Source: Candidatus Methylomirabilota bacterium (GTDB taxonomy: Bacteria; Methylomirabilota; Methylomirabilia; Methylomirabilales; JACPAU01). From it: DNA of 64,000 nt. Below, piece after piece: positions 25,660 to 34,856 of this stretch. The notes beneath the pieces were generated by a model. That model was not told the DNA's origin and made no database searches. It was given only the letters and a program-made list of their open reading frames with translations. Position 1 is the stretch's first letter. Each line of letters starts with the position of its first letter. The translations under genes were made by a program, and so were the position numbers. Where the stretch lies: the NCBI GenBank assembly GCA_022614955.1, contig JAKEHP010000027.1:16555-80554 (forward strand). The letters run 5' to 3'.

Positions 25660-26667
25660 ATGGAAGAACCGACGCGTCCCCCCGTTGTTGCGACGTTACC
25701 CCGGACCCTCTATCTCGAGACGACCAATCGCTGTGACTCGAAATGTCAGACGTGCATTCGCACCTTTCAGACCCTGGAGCCTCCCAAGGACCTCACCCTG
25801 GCTGAGCTGAAAGGGATCGTGGAGCAGTTTCCCGTCCTGGACAGGGTTATTCTGCATGGAATCGGCGAGCCGCTCCTCAACCGGGAGCTGTTCGAGATGA
25901 TCGCGTACCTGAAGGCCAGGGGCGCGACGGTCCTCTTCAACTCCGATGCCATCACGCTCACCCCGAAGCGGGCAGGCCAGCTCATCGAGAGCGGCCTGGA
26001 TGAGTTCCGGGTCTCGATGGATGCGGCAACCAGAGAAATGTTTGCGAAAGTCCGGGGGGTGGATCAGTTTGATCGGGTGGTGGGAAACGTGGAGCACCTG
26101 GTAGAACTGCAGCGGAGGCTGGAGCGACAGACCCCTCGGGTCTCCCTCTGGTTTACCGCCATGAAAGCCAACCTCGACGAGCTGCCTGCCTTCGTGCGCC
26201 TCGCCGCCAGGGTCGGGGTGCCGGAGGTCTATGTCCAGCGCCTCGTCTTCTACGGCCAAGGGTTGGCCGTGCAGGAGCAGTCGCTTCACGGAGCGGTCCG
26301 AGAGCGGGAACAGTGCCTGATCGAAGAGGCGGAGGGGCTGGCCCGGGCCTCTGGCATCGCCTTCAAGGCCTCGGGCCTGACCGCGCCCCTGGCGAGCCTC
26401 AAGGGCACGGAGCTGGGCAGACGGCCCTGGTCTGGCTGCCAGCGCCCGTGGACCTTGAGCTACGTCACGGCCAACGGCAACGTCCTTCCCTGCTGCATCT
26501 CCCCCTGGACGGCGAAGGACTATCGGGGGGCCGTTCTGGGCAATGCCTTCACACAGGATTTTTCGGCCATCTGGAACGGGGAGCGGTACCAGCAGTTCCG
26601 AAAGGACTTCGAGACGGACATCCCTCCCGATCCCTGCCGGGGGTGCGGACTGCTCTGGAGCATCTGA
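25660..26667 (+). CDS. radical SAM/SPASM domain protein (MoaA/NifB/PqqE superfamily)
   Basis: CDSKCQTC cluster motif, GIGEPLL, and C-terminal CQRPW...VLPCCISPW...CRGCGLLW. Confidence 0.85.
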   Translation: MEEPTRPPVVATLPRTLYLETTNRCDSKCQTCIRTFQTLEPPKDLTLAELKGIVEQFPVLDRVILHGIGEPLLNRELFEMIAYLKARGATVLFNSDAITLTPKRAGQLIESGLDEFRVSMDAATREMFAKVRGVDQFDRVVGNVEHLVELQRRLERQTPRVSLWFTAMKANLDELPAFVRLAARVGVPEVYVQRLVFYGQGLAVQEQSLHGAVREREQCLIEEAEGLARASGIAFKASGLTAPLASLKGTELGRRPWSGCQRPWTLSYVTANGNVLPCCISPWTAKDYRGAVLGNAFTQDFSAIWNGERYQQFRKDFETDIPPDPCRGCGLLWSI

Positions 26668-26753
26668 CGAGCAGGCGTTGGGCGTCGCTCGACGTGGCCT
26701 CGGAAAAGGCTCCCGTGGCCGTGCAAGAAGAGCGAGCGCCCCCTCGGGTAGCC

Positions 26754-28586
26754 ATGCCCACACGCAGTCCCCGTCCCTGGCAGCGCCTCAGCGTTCGGGT
26801 GGCGGCGTTCTTCGTGGCCGTCACCCTGCTCGGGATCGGTCTCGTCGGGTCGCTCATCTACCAGCAACTGAAGCGGGAGGTGGAGGAGACCCTCGGGACC
26901 TTCCTCCTGAACATCGCGCGCACCGGGGTGCTGCTGATTGATCCGGCGCTCCACGACGAGGTCGAGGCCACTTTGGCCCAGGACTCGGACGCGTACCGTC
27001 GCCTCCGCACCACCCTCGCGGCGATTCAGGACGAGAACGGCGTCGAGACGCCCATTTACACCCTCACCGGCTTCGATGCCGGGGCGCGCATGGCTCGCTT
27101 CATGGTGACGAGCCGGGGGCCGGGGCTCCCGGGTGAAGCCTACGCGCTTGTCCCCGCACTCCTCGACCCGATCGGGCGGACCTTCCGCGAGGGGATCGCC
27201 TCTCGCACGCACGTCTATTCCAACGAGCACGGCACCTGGATCACGGCCTTCGCCCCGATCCGGGGGGCCGGCGGGGGCGTCCGGGCCGTCCTCGATGTAG
27301 ACTATCGGGTTGACGTCTATCAGGAGCGGCTGGCGGGACTTCGCCAGACGGTTGTCGGGACTTCCCTGTTCGGGGGACTCGTCGCGCTCCTCGCCGGAGT
27401 GCTCTTCGCCCGTCGGGTCACCGGACCGGTCAGTGCTCTCACCCGCGGTGTGGCCCGAGTGGCAGAGGGAGACCTCTCGCAGTCGCTCCCGGTCCGCTCG
27501 CAGGATGAGGTGGGACACCTGACGCGCGCCTTCAACGAGATGCTGGAAGGCCTCCGCCAGCGGGACTTCATCCGGGATACCTTGGGCCGCTACGTCTCGC
27601 CCGAGGTCGCCCGGACTCTCCTGGAGTCGCCCGAGGGGCTCAGCCTGGGCGGTGAGAAGCGGGAGGTCACGATCCTGATGTCGGACCTGCGTGGCTACAC
27701 GCGGTTCGCGGAGGAGGGCGACCCGGCCGTCGTGATGCAGGTTCTCAATGGGTATCTGGCGCGGATGACCGAGATCATCATCGAGCACGGCGGCACCGTC
27801 AACGAGTTCATCGGCGACGCGATCTTTGCCATCTTCGGCGCGCCGCTGGCCCACCCGGACCACGCCGAGCGCGCCGCCGCGTGCGCCATCGCCATGCAGT
27901 GCGCGATGGAGGAGGTGAACCGGCTCCACGTGTCCCGCGGCCTGCCACGGCTCGAGATGGGGATCGGCGTCAACACCGGCGAGGCGGTCGTGGGAAACAT
28001 CGGCTCCGAGAAACGCGCCAAGTACGGCGTGGTGGGAAGCGCCGTGAACCTCGCGGCTCGCGTGGAGGGCTGCACGGTCGGTGGCCAGGTCCTCTTGAGC
28101 CCGTACACCTACGATCGGATTCGCACAATTGCTGAGGTTGGCCCGCCCCTCCCTATCGAAGTCAAGGGGATCCGCGAGCCCCTCCTCCTCTACGAGCTCC
28201 GGGCGCTGGCCGGGCTCCATGCCCAACGCCTCCCTGAAGCCGCCACAGACGCTGGCCCCGATGTGCCCGCAGTCCTGCCGCTTTTCTGCTGGGTAATCGA
28301 GGGCAAGGCCGTCCATCCGGACCGCGTGAGCGGGGAGGTGCTTCGGCTCGGTTCGCGGCGGCTCGAGGCGCGGCTCGATCGCCACCTCCCCCCGCTGACA
28401 AACGTCCGCCTCCGCCTCCACTATCCAGCGCTCGCACAGGACTCCGCCGACCTCTACGGGAAGGTGCTGGCCATTGACGAGCAGGCCGGCGCGTGGGTTG
28501 CTCGGATCGGGCTGACGTCGGTGGATGCCGCCGACCAGCAGATCCTGGAGACGTTTCTCAGGGCGGGTGGCCCCCTTCCTCTCTGA
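26754..28586 (+). CDS. membrane class-III adenylate/guanylate cyclase with periplasmic sensor, HAMP domain and C-terminal PilZ-like extension
   Basis: TM, ~150-aa extracytoplasmic region, TM, HAMP (PVSALTRGVARVAEGDLSQ). Cyclase core VTILMSDLRGYT...GDAIFAIFGAP...GVNTGEAVVGNIGS..R.KYGVVGSAVNLAAR. About 110 extra C-terminal residues. Confidence 0.85.
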   Translation: MPTRSPRPWQRLSVRVAAFFVAVTLLGIGLVGSLIYQQLKREVEETLGTFLLNIARTGVLLIDPALHDEVEATLAQDSDAYRRLRTTLAAIQDENGVETPIYTLTGFDAGARMARFMVTSRGPGLPGEAYALVPALLDPIGRTFREGIASRTHVYSNEHGTWITAFAPIRGAGGGVRAVLDVDYRVDVYQERLAGLRQTVVGTSLFGGLVALLAGVLFARRVTGPVSALTRGVARVAEGDLSQSLPVRSQDEVGHLTRAFNEMLEGLRQRDFIRDTLGRYVSPEVARTLLESPEGLSLGGEKREVTILMSDLRGYTRFAEEGDPAVVMQVLNGYLARMTEIIIEHGGTVNEFIGDAIFAIFGAPLAHPDHAERAAACAIAMQCAMEEVNRLHVSRGLPRLEMGIGVNTGEAVVGNIGSEKRAKYGVVGSAVNLAARVEGCTVGGQVLLSPYTYDRIRTIAEVGPPLPIEVKGIREPLLLYELRALAGLHAQRLPEAATDAGPDVPAVLPLFCWVIEGKAVHPDRVSGEVLRLGSRRLEARLDRHLPPLTNVRLRLHYPALAQDSADLYGKVLAIDEQAGAWVARIGLTSVDAADQQILETFLRAGGPLPL

Positions 28587-28674
28587 CTCGCCGTGTGCCC
28601 GCGCCCCCGCCCCGCCCGGAAGACTGGGGGGTGACCGCAGAGGGTGAAGACGAGGGAAACAGGGAGGGGGTGGC

Positions 28675-29286
28675 GTGAGGGAGACGCTCCGCCGTCTCAG
28701 CCGGATGCAGGGCCTGCTTCAGGTGATGGCGGTGGCCTACCTGGTGCCGATGCTGCTCGCAGCGAGCCTGGTGGTCGCCGGCGCCCCGGGCTTCCGTGAG
28801 CTCCAGGGCGAGGCCGAGGCTCGCGTTGTCCAGGCGGAGCCGATTGCGACCATCGCCCGTCTCCTCGGCGAGAGACGCCTGCTGGCCGCCATCGCCGTCA
28901 CTTTCGCCTGGAACTTTGGCGTGGCCGCCTGCCTGGGCTCCACGGCGGTCGGGGTGCTCTTTCCGCTCCCCCCGCTCCTCGGGGCCCTGAGGGGTTTCCT
29001 CATCGGGGTCGTCTTCGCGGGGCGAGTCCGGCTCTTCTCTTTCCACGGCCTGGTGATGGGCGGGACCTTCCTTCTCGAGATCGGCGCGTACATCCTGGCC
29101 GGGGCCCTCGGGATGCGGGTCGGTCTCGCTCTCTTGCCGCGCCGGGGGGAGGCGCCTCCTCTGCGGGCGCGCGTGGCCGAGCCCCTCGCGGATCTCCGCC
29201 GCCTGCTCCCTGTGGTGGCCCTCCTCCTGCTGCTCGGGGCCGTCTGGGAGAATGCCGGGCTCTTCCTGCTGGCGCGGCCTCCCTAA
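28675..29286 (+). CDS. SpoIIM-like (DUF95) membrane protein
   Basis: 203 aa, 5-6 TM helices. Pattern resembles stage II sporulation protein M family. Weak call. Confidence 0.5.
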   Translation: MRETLRRLSRMQGLLQVMAVAYLVPMLLAASLVVAGAPGFRELQGEAEARVVQAEPIATIARLLGERRLLAAIAVTFAWNFGVAACLGSTAVGVLFPLPPLLGALRGFLIGVVFAGRVRLFSFHGLVMGGTFLLEIGAYILAGALGMRVGLALLPRRGEAPPLRARVAEPLADLRRLLPVVALLLLLGAVWENAGLFLLARPP

Positions 29287-30254
29287 GGAGGAAGGCGGAC
29301 CGGCTGGCCCTCCGCCGCCGATCGGGCACAGGCCGCCGCCACGGCCACGGCTCGGTATCCTTCCTCGGCCGTCACCGGGACCGGCTTTCCCTCCTGGAGC
29401 GCCTGGACGAAGGCCCGCAACACCTCCCGCACCGTCGGGGCGGAGGGAGGGAGCGGGACCGGCGTCCGTTCCCGGCCCCGGATCAGGGTGAGCGTCCCCG
29501 CGGCAAAGTCCCCCGCCAGTTGGCCCGCCTGACCCACCGCCACGATGCGGCCCGACCGCCCGCCGGCGGCGCGGCTGTCCACTACCACGGCGAGGCCGGG
29601 CGGTCCGGAGAGCGTCAGGACCGCGGCGAAGGTGTCTTCCATCTCCAGGGACTGGGCGCGGGCGGTCCGGCAGACCACCTCCACCACCTCCTGTCCCGTC
29701 AGGAACCGGACGAGGTCGAAGCCGTGGACCCCGATGTTGAGCAGGGCCCCTCCGACCCCGGAGGCATCTCCCCACGCTTGACCGGAAGGCTCGGCCATCT
29801 GGTCGAGGGTGAGGAGGGTGAGGGGACCGATTGCGGAAAGGCTGGCGCGGAGAGCCTGGATGACGGTGTCGAACCGGAGAGTGTGGGCGACCATGAGCGG
29901 GCTGGAGGCCCCGCGCGCGGCCGCCACAATGGTCCGGGCCCCTTCCGCGTCGGTGGCAAGCGGCTTCTCCACCAGGACCGGCTTGCCAGCGGCGAGCGCG
30001 GCCGGTACTAGAGCAGGGTGGAGGTTGGGAGGGACAGCCAGCACGATGGCGTCCACGCCGGGGTCGGCGAAGAGGAGGCCCGGGTCGGCGTGGGTGGTGA
30101 TCCCCCGCGGTGCGGCGAACGCCCGAGCTGCCGCCGCATCCCTGCGGCACACGGCGCCGAGGCAGGCGTCGGGCACGTCTCCGGCCACGAGGTGTGTGGC
30201 ATACCGCGTGCCGTGGCGCCCCAGTCCAACCAGGCCGAAGCGGAGGGGGGGCAC
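29283..30254 (-). CDS. Gfo/Idh/MocA-family NAD(P)-dependent oxidoreductase
   Basis: N-terminal Rossmann motif LRFGLVGLGRHG and EKPLA motif (VLVEKPLATD). Confidence 0.8.
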   Translation of the reverse strand: MPPLRFGLVGLGRHGTRYATHLVAGDVPDACLGAVCRRDAAAARAFAAPRGITTHADPGLLFADPGVDAIVLAVPPNLHPALVPAALAAGKPVLVEKPLATDAEGARTIVAAARGASSPLMVAHTLRFDTVIQALRASLSAIGPLTLLTLDQMAEPSGQAWGDASGVGGALLNIGVHGFDLVRFLTGQEVVEVVCRTARAQSLEMEDTFAAVLTLSGPPGLAVVVDSRAAGGRSGRIVAVGQAGQLAGDFAAGTLTLIRGRERTPVPLPPSAPTVREVLRAFVQALQEGKPVPVTAEEGYRAVAVAAACARSAAEGQPVRLPP

Positions 30255-30264
30255 GGGTGTGCTC

Positions 30265-31380
30265 TCAGCGGGCCAGGAAGGCCCGCAGGGTGTCGGCGGC
30301 TTTCTCGATCTCCAGCACGCCGGCCAGGTGTCCCCCGTCGCTGGCCAGCTGCGCGAGGGTGACGGTCACGCCGGCCCGCTCGAGGGCAGCCGCCAGCCTG
30401 ACCGTCTCGGTGGGGGGGAGGAAGAGGTCACTCCGGCAGGGGAGGAGGAGGCACCGGGCCCGGATCCGCCGGAACGCCTCCTCCACGGGGAAAAGGCCGG
30501 AGCCCGGCTCGTAGGCGGCGTTGGCACGGGCCAGGTACAGGTAGTGGTTGGCATCCATGAGTGCTGCCCGTGTCCGGGCCAGCGCGTCCAGCTCCGCCTC
30601 GATCAGGAAGCGGCCGGTCGGCGAGGAGTCGGGAGGCGCTGCGGGGTCCGCCGGGCGGCGACCGTAGGTCGCGTCAGCCCAGGCAGGGCAGCGGGCGATT
30701 GCGGAGACGATCTTCAGGGCCAGCACGAGCCCCTCGGTCGGCTCGGCCTTGCCGTAGTAGTCCCCGCCGTTCCAGCGGGGGTCGAGCCGGATCGCCTCGG
30801 TGGCGGCGTGTCCCGGCATCATGAGGGTCCAGGGGCCTAGGCTTGCTACGCTGGTCACCGAGAGCATCCGCGCGACCCGCTCGGGGTAGGCGATGGCCCA
30901 CTCGAGCGCCTGGAGGCCCCCCATTGACGGCCCGGCGACCGCCACGACCCGCTGGATCCCCAGGGCGTCGAGGAGGAGCCGCTGGACCTCCACGAAGTCC
31001 CGGATCGCCACCGGCGGAAAGGTCATCCCGTAGGGGGTGCCCGTCGCCGGATTCACCGTGGCCGGGCCTGTTGTCACGACGCGGGGGTCCTTCACGTTGA
31101 GGTTGCAGAGGCTGTCCACGCTCAGGACGAAGCAGTGCGTCGTGTCGAAGGGCTTCCCGGGGCCGATGACCGCGTCCCAGTAGCCGGGCAGCGCCTCTTC
31201 GGGGCTGTAGCGACCGGCGGCGTGCGAGGTCCCGGAGAAGTAGTGGCATATGAGGACGGCGTTGTCCCGGGCCGGGCTGAGCGTCCCGTAGCTCTCGTAT
31301 CCGACCGCGACCTCCGGAAGGGTGACGCCGCAGTGGAGACGAAACTCGCGCACCCGGAAGGTCTCTTTTCTCACCAGCAT
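30265..31380 (-). CDS. metX: homoserine O-acetyltransferase
   Basis: NAVLICHYFSGTSHAAG, GPSMGGLQALEW nucleophile elbow, and overall MetX/MetXA length (371 aa). Confidence 0.9.
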   Translation of the reverse strand: MLVRKETFRVREFRLHCGVTLPEVAVGYESYGTLSPARDNAVLICHYFSGTSHAAGRYSPEEALPGYWDAVIGPGKPFDTTHCFVLSVDSLCNLNVKDPRVVTTGPATVNPATGTPYGMTFPPVAIRDFVEVQRLLLDALGIQRVVAVAGPSMGGLQALEWAIAYPERVARMLSVTSVASLGPWTLMMPGHAATEAIRLDPRWNGGDYYGKAEPTEGLVLALKIVSAIARCPAWADATYGRRPADPAAPPDSSPTGRFLIEAELDALARTRAALMDANHYLYLARANAAYEPGSGLFPVEEAFRRIRARCLLLPCRSDLFLPPTETVRLAAALERAGVTVTLAQLASDGGHLAGVLEIEKAADTLRAFLAR

Positions 31381-31565
31381 GGGGCGGGCTTTGGAAGGGC
31401 TGTGCTCATGGTGTTACAAAAGGCCTCGCTATGCGGGTGAGGGGAGAAGAGGGAAGGCGGGCGGCACGAAAGCGGGGGAATTCCGGCTCTTGAGGGCGGG
31501 CTGGCATGGAATCTGCTAAGCCAGCCAAGGGATCGCGTGTCCGGCGTCACGGGAAGGCAAGCCGC

Positions 31566-31916
31566 ATGGAGAGCATGGTCCAGAACGACAAGCGCGCCCC
31601 CGTCCGGATTCAGATCGAATACGGGAGCGGGGGACCCTTCTTCTCGGCCCAGTCCCTGAACCTCAGCCGAGGGGGAGTCTTCCTTCAGACCGAGTTCCTC
31701 CTCCCGCCCGGCCGCGCCGTCCAGCTCATCTTCAACATCCCGGCCAAGCCCCGCCTCTCGCTCCTGGGTCGGGTTGTCTGGACACGGGGCCCCGGGGACC
31801 CGCGGGGGCCGGCCGGCATTGGCATCCAGTTCGAGACGGTCGCCCCGGAGGTGCTCCGGGTGATCGAGGAATTACTCCAGAATCACAACAGGACCAACGT
31901 CCCCGCTCCCTCCTAG
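31566..31916 (+). CDS. single-domain PilZ protein
   Basis: RAPVR (RxxxR) followed by NLSRGG (D/NxSxxG) and a beta-rich remainder. Confidence 0.75.
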   Translation: MESMVQNDKRAPVRIQIEYGSGGPFFSAQSLNLSRGGVFLQTEFLLPPGRAVQLIFNIPAKPRLSLLGRVVWTRGPGDPRGPAGIGIQFETVAPEVLRVIEELLQNHNRTNVPAPS

Positions 31917-31917
31917 C

Positions 31918-32976
31918 TCAGGGGACCACCTGGATCTTCCCCGCCGGCCCCGCCGTCACCTCGCCGATCCGCGCCGCAGCCAGCACCCCTTTGGTGTTGC
32001 TCAAGCGCCGGAGCATCTCCTGACTCTTCGCCTTCCCCACGGCCATGAGGAGGCCCCCCGAGGTCTGGGCGTCGGAGAGGACGAGGCGGACGTCCTCGCC
32101 CATCCCGGGAGCCCATTCCACGTTCCCCTCCAGCGATTTCAGGTTCCGGCGTGTCCCGCCGGGGCAGATCCCCTCGCGGACCAACTTCCAGGCCTCGGGG
32201 AGGACGGGCACAGCCCGAAGCGAGATCGTCGCCCCCACCCGGCTGGCGGCGGCGACCTCGCGCAGATGACCCAGGAGGCCGAACCCGGTGATGTCCGTGC
32301 AGGCGTGAACACCCCCGACCGCCTCCATGACCTCGGCGGCATAGCGGTTCAGCGTGCTCATCGTGGCCACCGCCAAATCCACCGTGGCCGCCTCCACCTT
32401 CTGGCGCTTGATCCCGGTGGTGATGATCCCCATGCCGAGTGGCTTCGTCAGGATGAGATCGTCCCCGACCCGGGCCCCAGCGTTTGTCAAGATCTTTTCG
32501 GGATGCACGACCCCCGTTACCACCAGGCCGTACTTCGGCTCGGGGTCGTCAATGCTGTGCCCGCCGACGATGGACGCCCCTGCCTCCACCACCTTGTCTG
32601 CCCCTCCCTTCATGATGGCCTCCAGGACCGACAGGGGGAGGGTGCCGGTGGGAAAGCCGACCACGTTCAGGGCGAACAGTGGGCGCGCCCCCATGGCGTA
32701 GATGTCGCTCAGGGAGTTGGCCGCCGCCACCGCCCCGCAGGCGTAGGCATCGTCCACGACGGGGGTGATGTAGTCCACCGACTGGACGATGGCCAGCTCG
32801 GGTGTCAGGCGGTACACCGCCGCGTCGTCGGAGGTCTCCGGCCCCACGAGGACGTTCGGATCGGTGATCTTGGGCAGCTGGCCCAGGACCTGGGCCAGGT
32901 CCGACGGACTGATTTTGCAGGCTCACCCCGCCCCGTGGGAGAGACTGGTGAGCCGGACGGGCTCCTCGGTGGGCAT
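31918..32976 (-). CDS. selD: selenide, water dikinase (selenophosphate synthetase) with in-frame UGA (Sec) in the N-terminal glycine-rich loop
   Basis: Track ORF 31918..32847 starts inside the gene. Extending upstream in frame across TGA (32925-32923) to ATG 32976 (AGGAGA RBS) gives MPTEEPVRLTSLSHGAG-U-ACKISPSDLAQVL...GPETSDDAAVYRL, the SelD GxG(C/U)xxK motif. Confidence 0.85.
32886..32902 (-). promoter_or_regulatory. candidate SECIS hairpin in selD
   Basis: 7-bp stem GGACCUG / CAGGUCC with loop GCC, starting 20 nt after the UGA. Confidence 0.4.
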
Positions 32977-33036
32977 TTCCGTATCTCCTGAGCGGGCCGC
33001 CGCGGAAGAGGCCTGACCTGCCTTTTCGATGCGCCC

Positions 33037-33549
33037 TCAGCGGCGCCGTTTCTCCTGGAGGGCCTTATCCGCCGCCTGGACCTTCTCTGCCAGAACCTGA
33101 CGGGCAGCCTCCAGCCGCCCGCGGAGAGCCGGGTCCGCCGTGGCCAGGATGGCCAGGGCGAGCAGCGCGGCGTTTCGGGCTCCGGCCTTCCCGATCGCCA
33201 CGGTCGCCACGGGGACCCCCGCCGGCATCTGGACCGTCGCGAGGAGGGCATCGAGGCCCTGCAAGGGGGAGGAGTCGAGGGGAACGCCGATCACCGGAAG
33301 GACGGTCCCGGCCGCCAGGGCGCCGGCCAGGTGAGCCGCGCCGCCGGCCCCGGCGATGAGCACCTTCAGCCCGCGCCCCGCTGCTTTCCGGGCGTAGGCG
33401 GCGGCCTGCTCCGGGGTCCGGTGGGCGGAACAGATCCGGACCTCGTGGGGGATCCCGTTCTCCTCCAGGACCCTCGCCGCCTCCTCCATCACCGGGAGGT
33501 CCGACTCGCTCCCCATCAGGATCCCGACCAACGGTGTCTCTCCGGCCAC
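33037..33549 (-). CDS. purE: N5-carboxyaminoimidazole ribonucleotide mutase
   Basis: GTG 33549 after [20 protein letters not shown]...ICSAHRTP...AGGAAHLAG...GVP motifs. Confidence 0.9.
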   Translation of the reverse strand: MAGETPLVGILMGSESDLPVMEEAARVLEENGIPHEVRICSAHRTPEQAAAYARKAAGRGLKVLIAGAGGAAHLAGALAAGTVLPVIGVPLDSSPLQGLDALLATVQMPAGVPVATVAIGKAGARNAALLALAILATADPALRGRLEAARQVLAEKVQAADKALQEKRRR

Positions 33550-33560
33550 AGAGGTTTCTC

Positions 33561-34838
33561 CTATCGAGGATACCGAAGCGCCTTGGCCCCGATGTCGCTC
33601 CGGAAGTGGGCCCCCTCCCAGGTGATCCGTCGAACCGCCTCGTAGGTCCGCGCGATCGCCTCCCGCACGTCCCGGCCCCGCCCGGTGACCCCCAGGACGC
33701 GCCCGCCGTCGGTCACGAGGTGGGCCCCCCGCCGAGCCGTCCCGGCATGGAAGATCACAACCCCGTCCACCTTCGCCGCCTCCTCGAGACCGTGGATGAC
33801 CTTTCCCTTCTGGTAGGTGCCGGGGTAGCCGCCCGAGGCCATCGCCACGCAGACGGCAGCGTCTTCCTTCCATTGAAGGGTGACCTCGTGGAGGCGGCCG
33901 TCGAGCACCGCCTCCAGGACCGGCACCAGGTCGTTGTCCATCCGGAGAAGCAGGGGTTGGGCCTCCGGGTCGCCGAAGCGCGCGTTGAACTCCAGAACCT
34001 TCGCCTCCCCGTCCTTGATCATGACGCCGGCGTAGAGCACGCCCCGGTAGGGCCGGCCCTCGGCCGCCATGGCCCGGACGGTGGGGACCATGACCCGGTC
34101 CATGATCTGGCGATGGAGCGCTGCGCTCACCACGGGGGCGGGGGAGTAGGCCCCCATCCCCCCGGTGTTAGGCCCCTCGTCATTGTCGTAGATCGGCTTG
34201 TGATCCTGAGCCGAGGCGAGCGGTAGCACTGTCTTCCCGTCGGTGAAGGCCAGGAAAGACGCCTCCTCCCCCTCCAGGCACTCCTCCACGACGACCCGGT
34301 CTCCCGCCTCCCCGAAGGCCCGTTGCTCCATGATGAGACGGACGGCGGCCACAGCGTCCGCCAGCGTCCGGCAGACCAGGGCCCCCTTTCCGGCGGCGAG
34401 CCCGTCCGCCTTGACCACGATCGGGACGCGCCGTTCCCGGACGTAGGCGAGGGCGGCGTCCGGCTCGCTGAACTCCCGAAAGGCGGCCGTGGGGATGCCG
34501 TACTTGACCATCAGAGCCTTGGCGAAGGCCTTGCTCCCCTCGATCTGGGCGGCAGCCCGGGAGGCGCCGAAGGCCCGGAGGCCCCGGCGGTGAAGCTCGT
34601 CCACCAGGCCTAACGTGAGGGGCACCTCCGGCCCGACCACCGTGAGGTCAATCCTTTCCTTCTCGGCGAAGAGCGCCAGGGCGGGCACGTCCGTGGCTCC
34701 CACCGGGACGCACTCGGCCTGCTCAGCGATGCCGGCGTTGCCGGGGGCGGCGTAGAGCAGCTTCACGCGGGGACTCTGGGCCAGTTTCCAAACGAGCGCG
34801 TGCTCCCGGCCCCCCGAGCCGACCACCAAGATCTTCAT
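33561..34838 (-). CDS. purD: phosphoribosylamine--glycine ligase
   Basis: [19 protein letters not shown]...; ATP-grasp core; 425 aa. Confidence 0.95.
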   Translation of the reverse strand: MKILVVGSGGREHALVWKLAQSPRVKLLYAAPGNAGIAEQAECVPVGATDVPALALFAEKERIDLTVVGPEVPLTLGLVDELHRRGLRAFGASRAAAQIEGSKAFAKALMVKYGIPTAAFREFSEPDAALAYVRERRVPIVVKADGLAAGKGALVCRTLADAVAAVRLIMEQRAFGEAGDRVVVEECLEGEEASFLAFTDGKTVLPLASAQDHKPIYDNDEGPNTGGMGAYSPAPVVSAALHRQIMDRVMVPTVRAMAAEGRPYRGVLYAGVMIKDGEAKVLEFNARFGDPEAQPLLLRMDNDLVPVLEAVLDGRLHEVTLQWKEDAAVCVAMASGGYPGTYQKGKVIHGLEEAAKVDGVVIFHAGTARRGAHLVTDGGRVLGVTGRGRDVREAIARTYEAVRRITWEGAHFRSDIGAKALRYPR

Positions 34839-34856
34839 CGCCGGTCCCCCCTGCTC

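Noticed and set aside
31381-31505. Looked for a SAM riboswitch or other leader upstream of metX (minus strand).
   Set aside because: The reverse-complement leader lacks S-box elements (GAGGGA, GCAAC, GUGC-AA-UCC) and has no terminator. Only a short divergent intergenic region.
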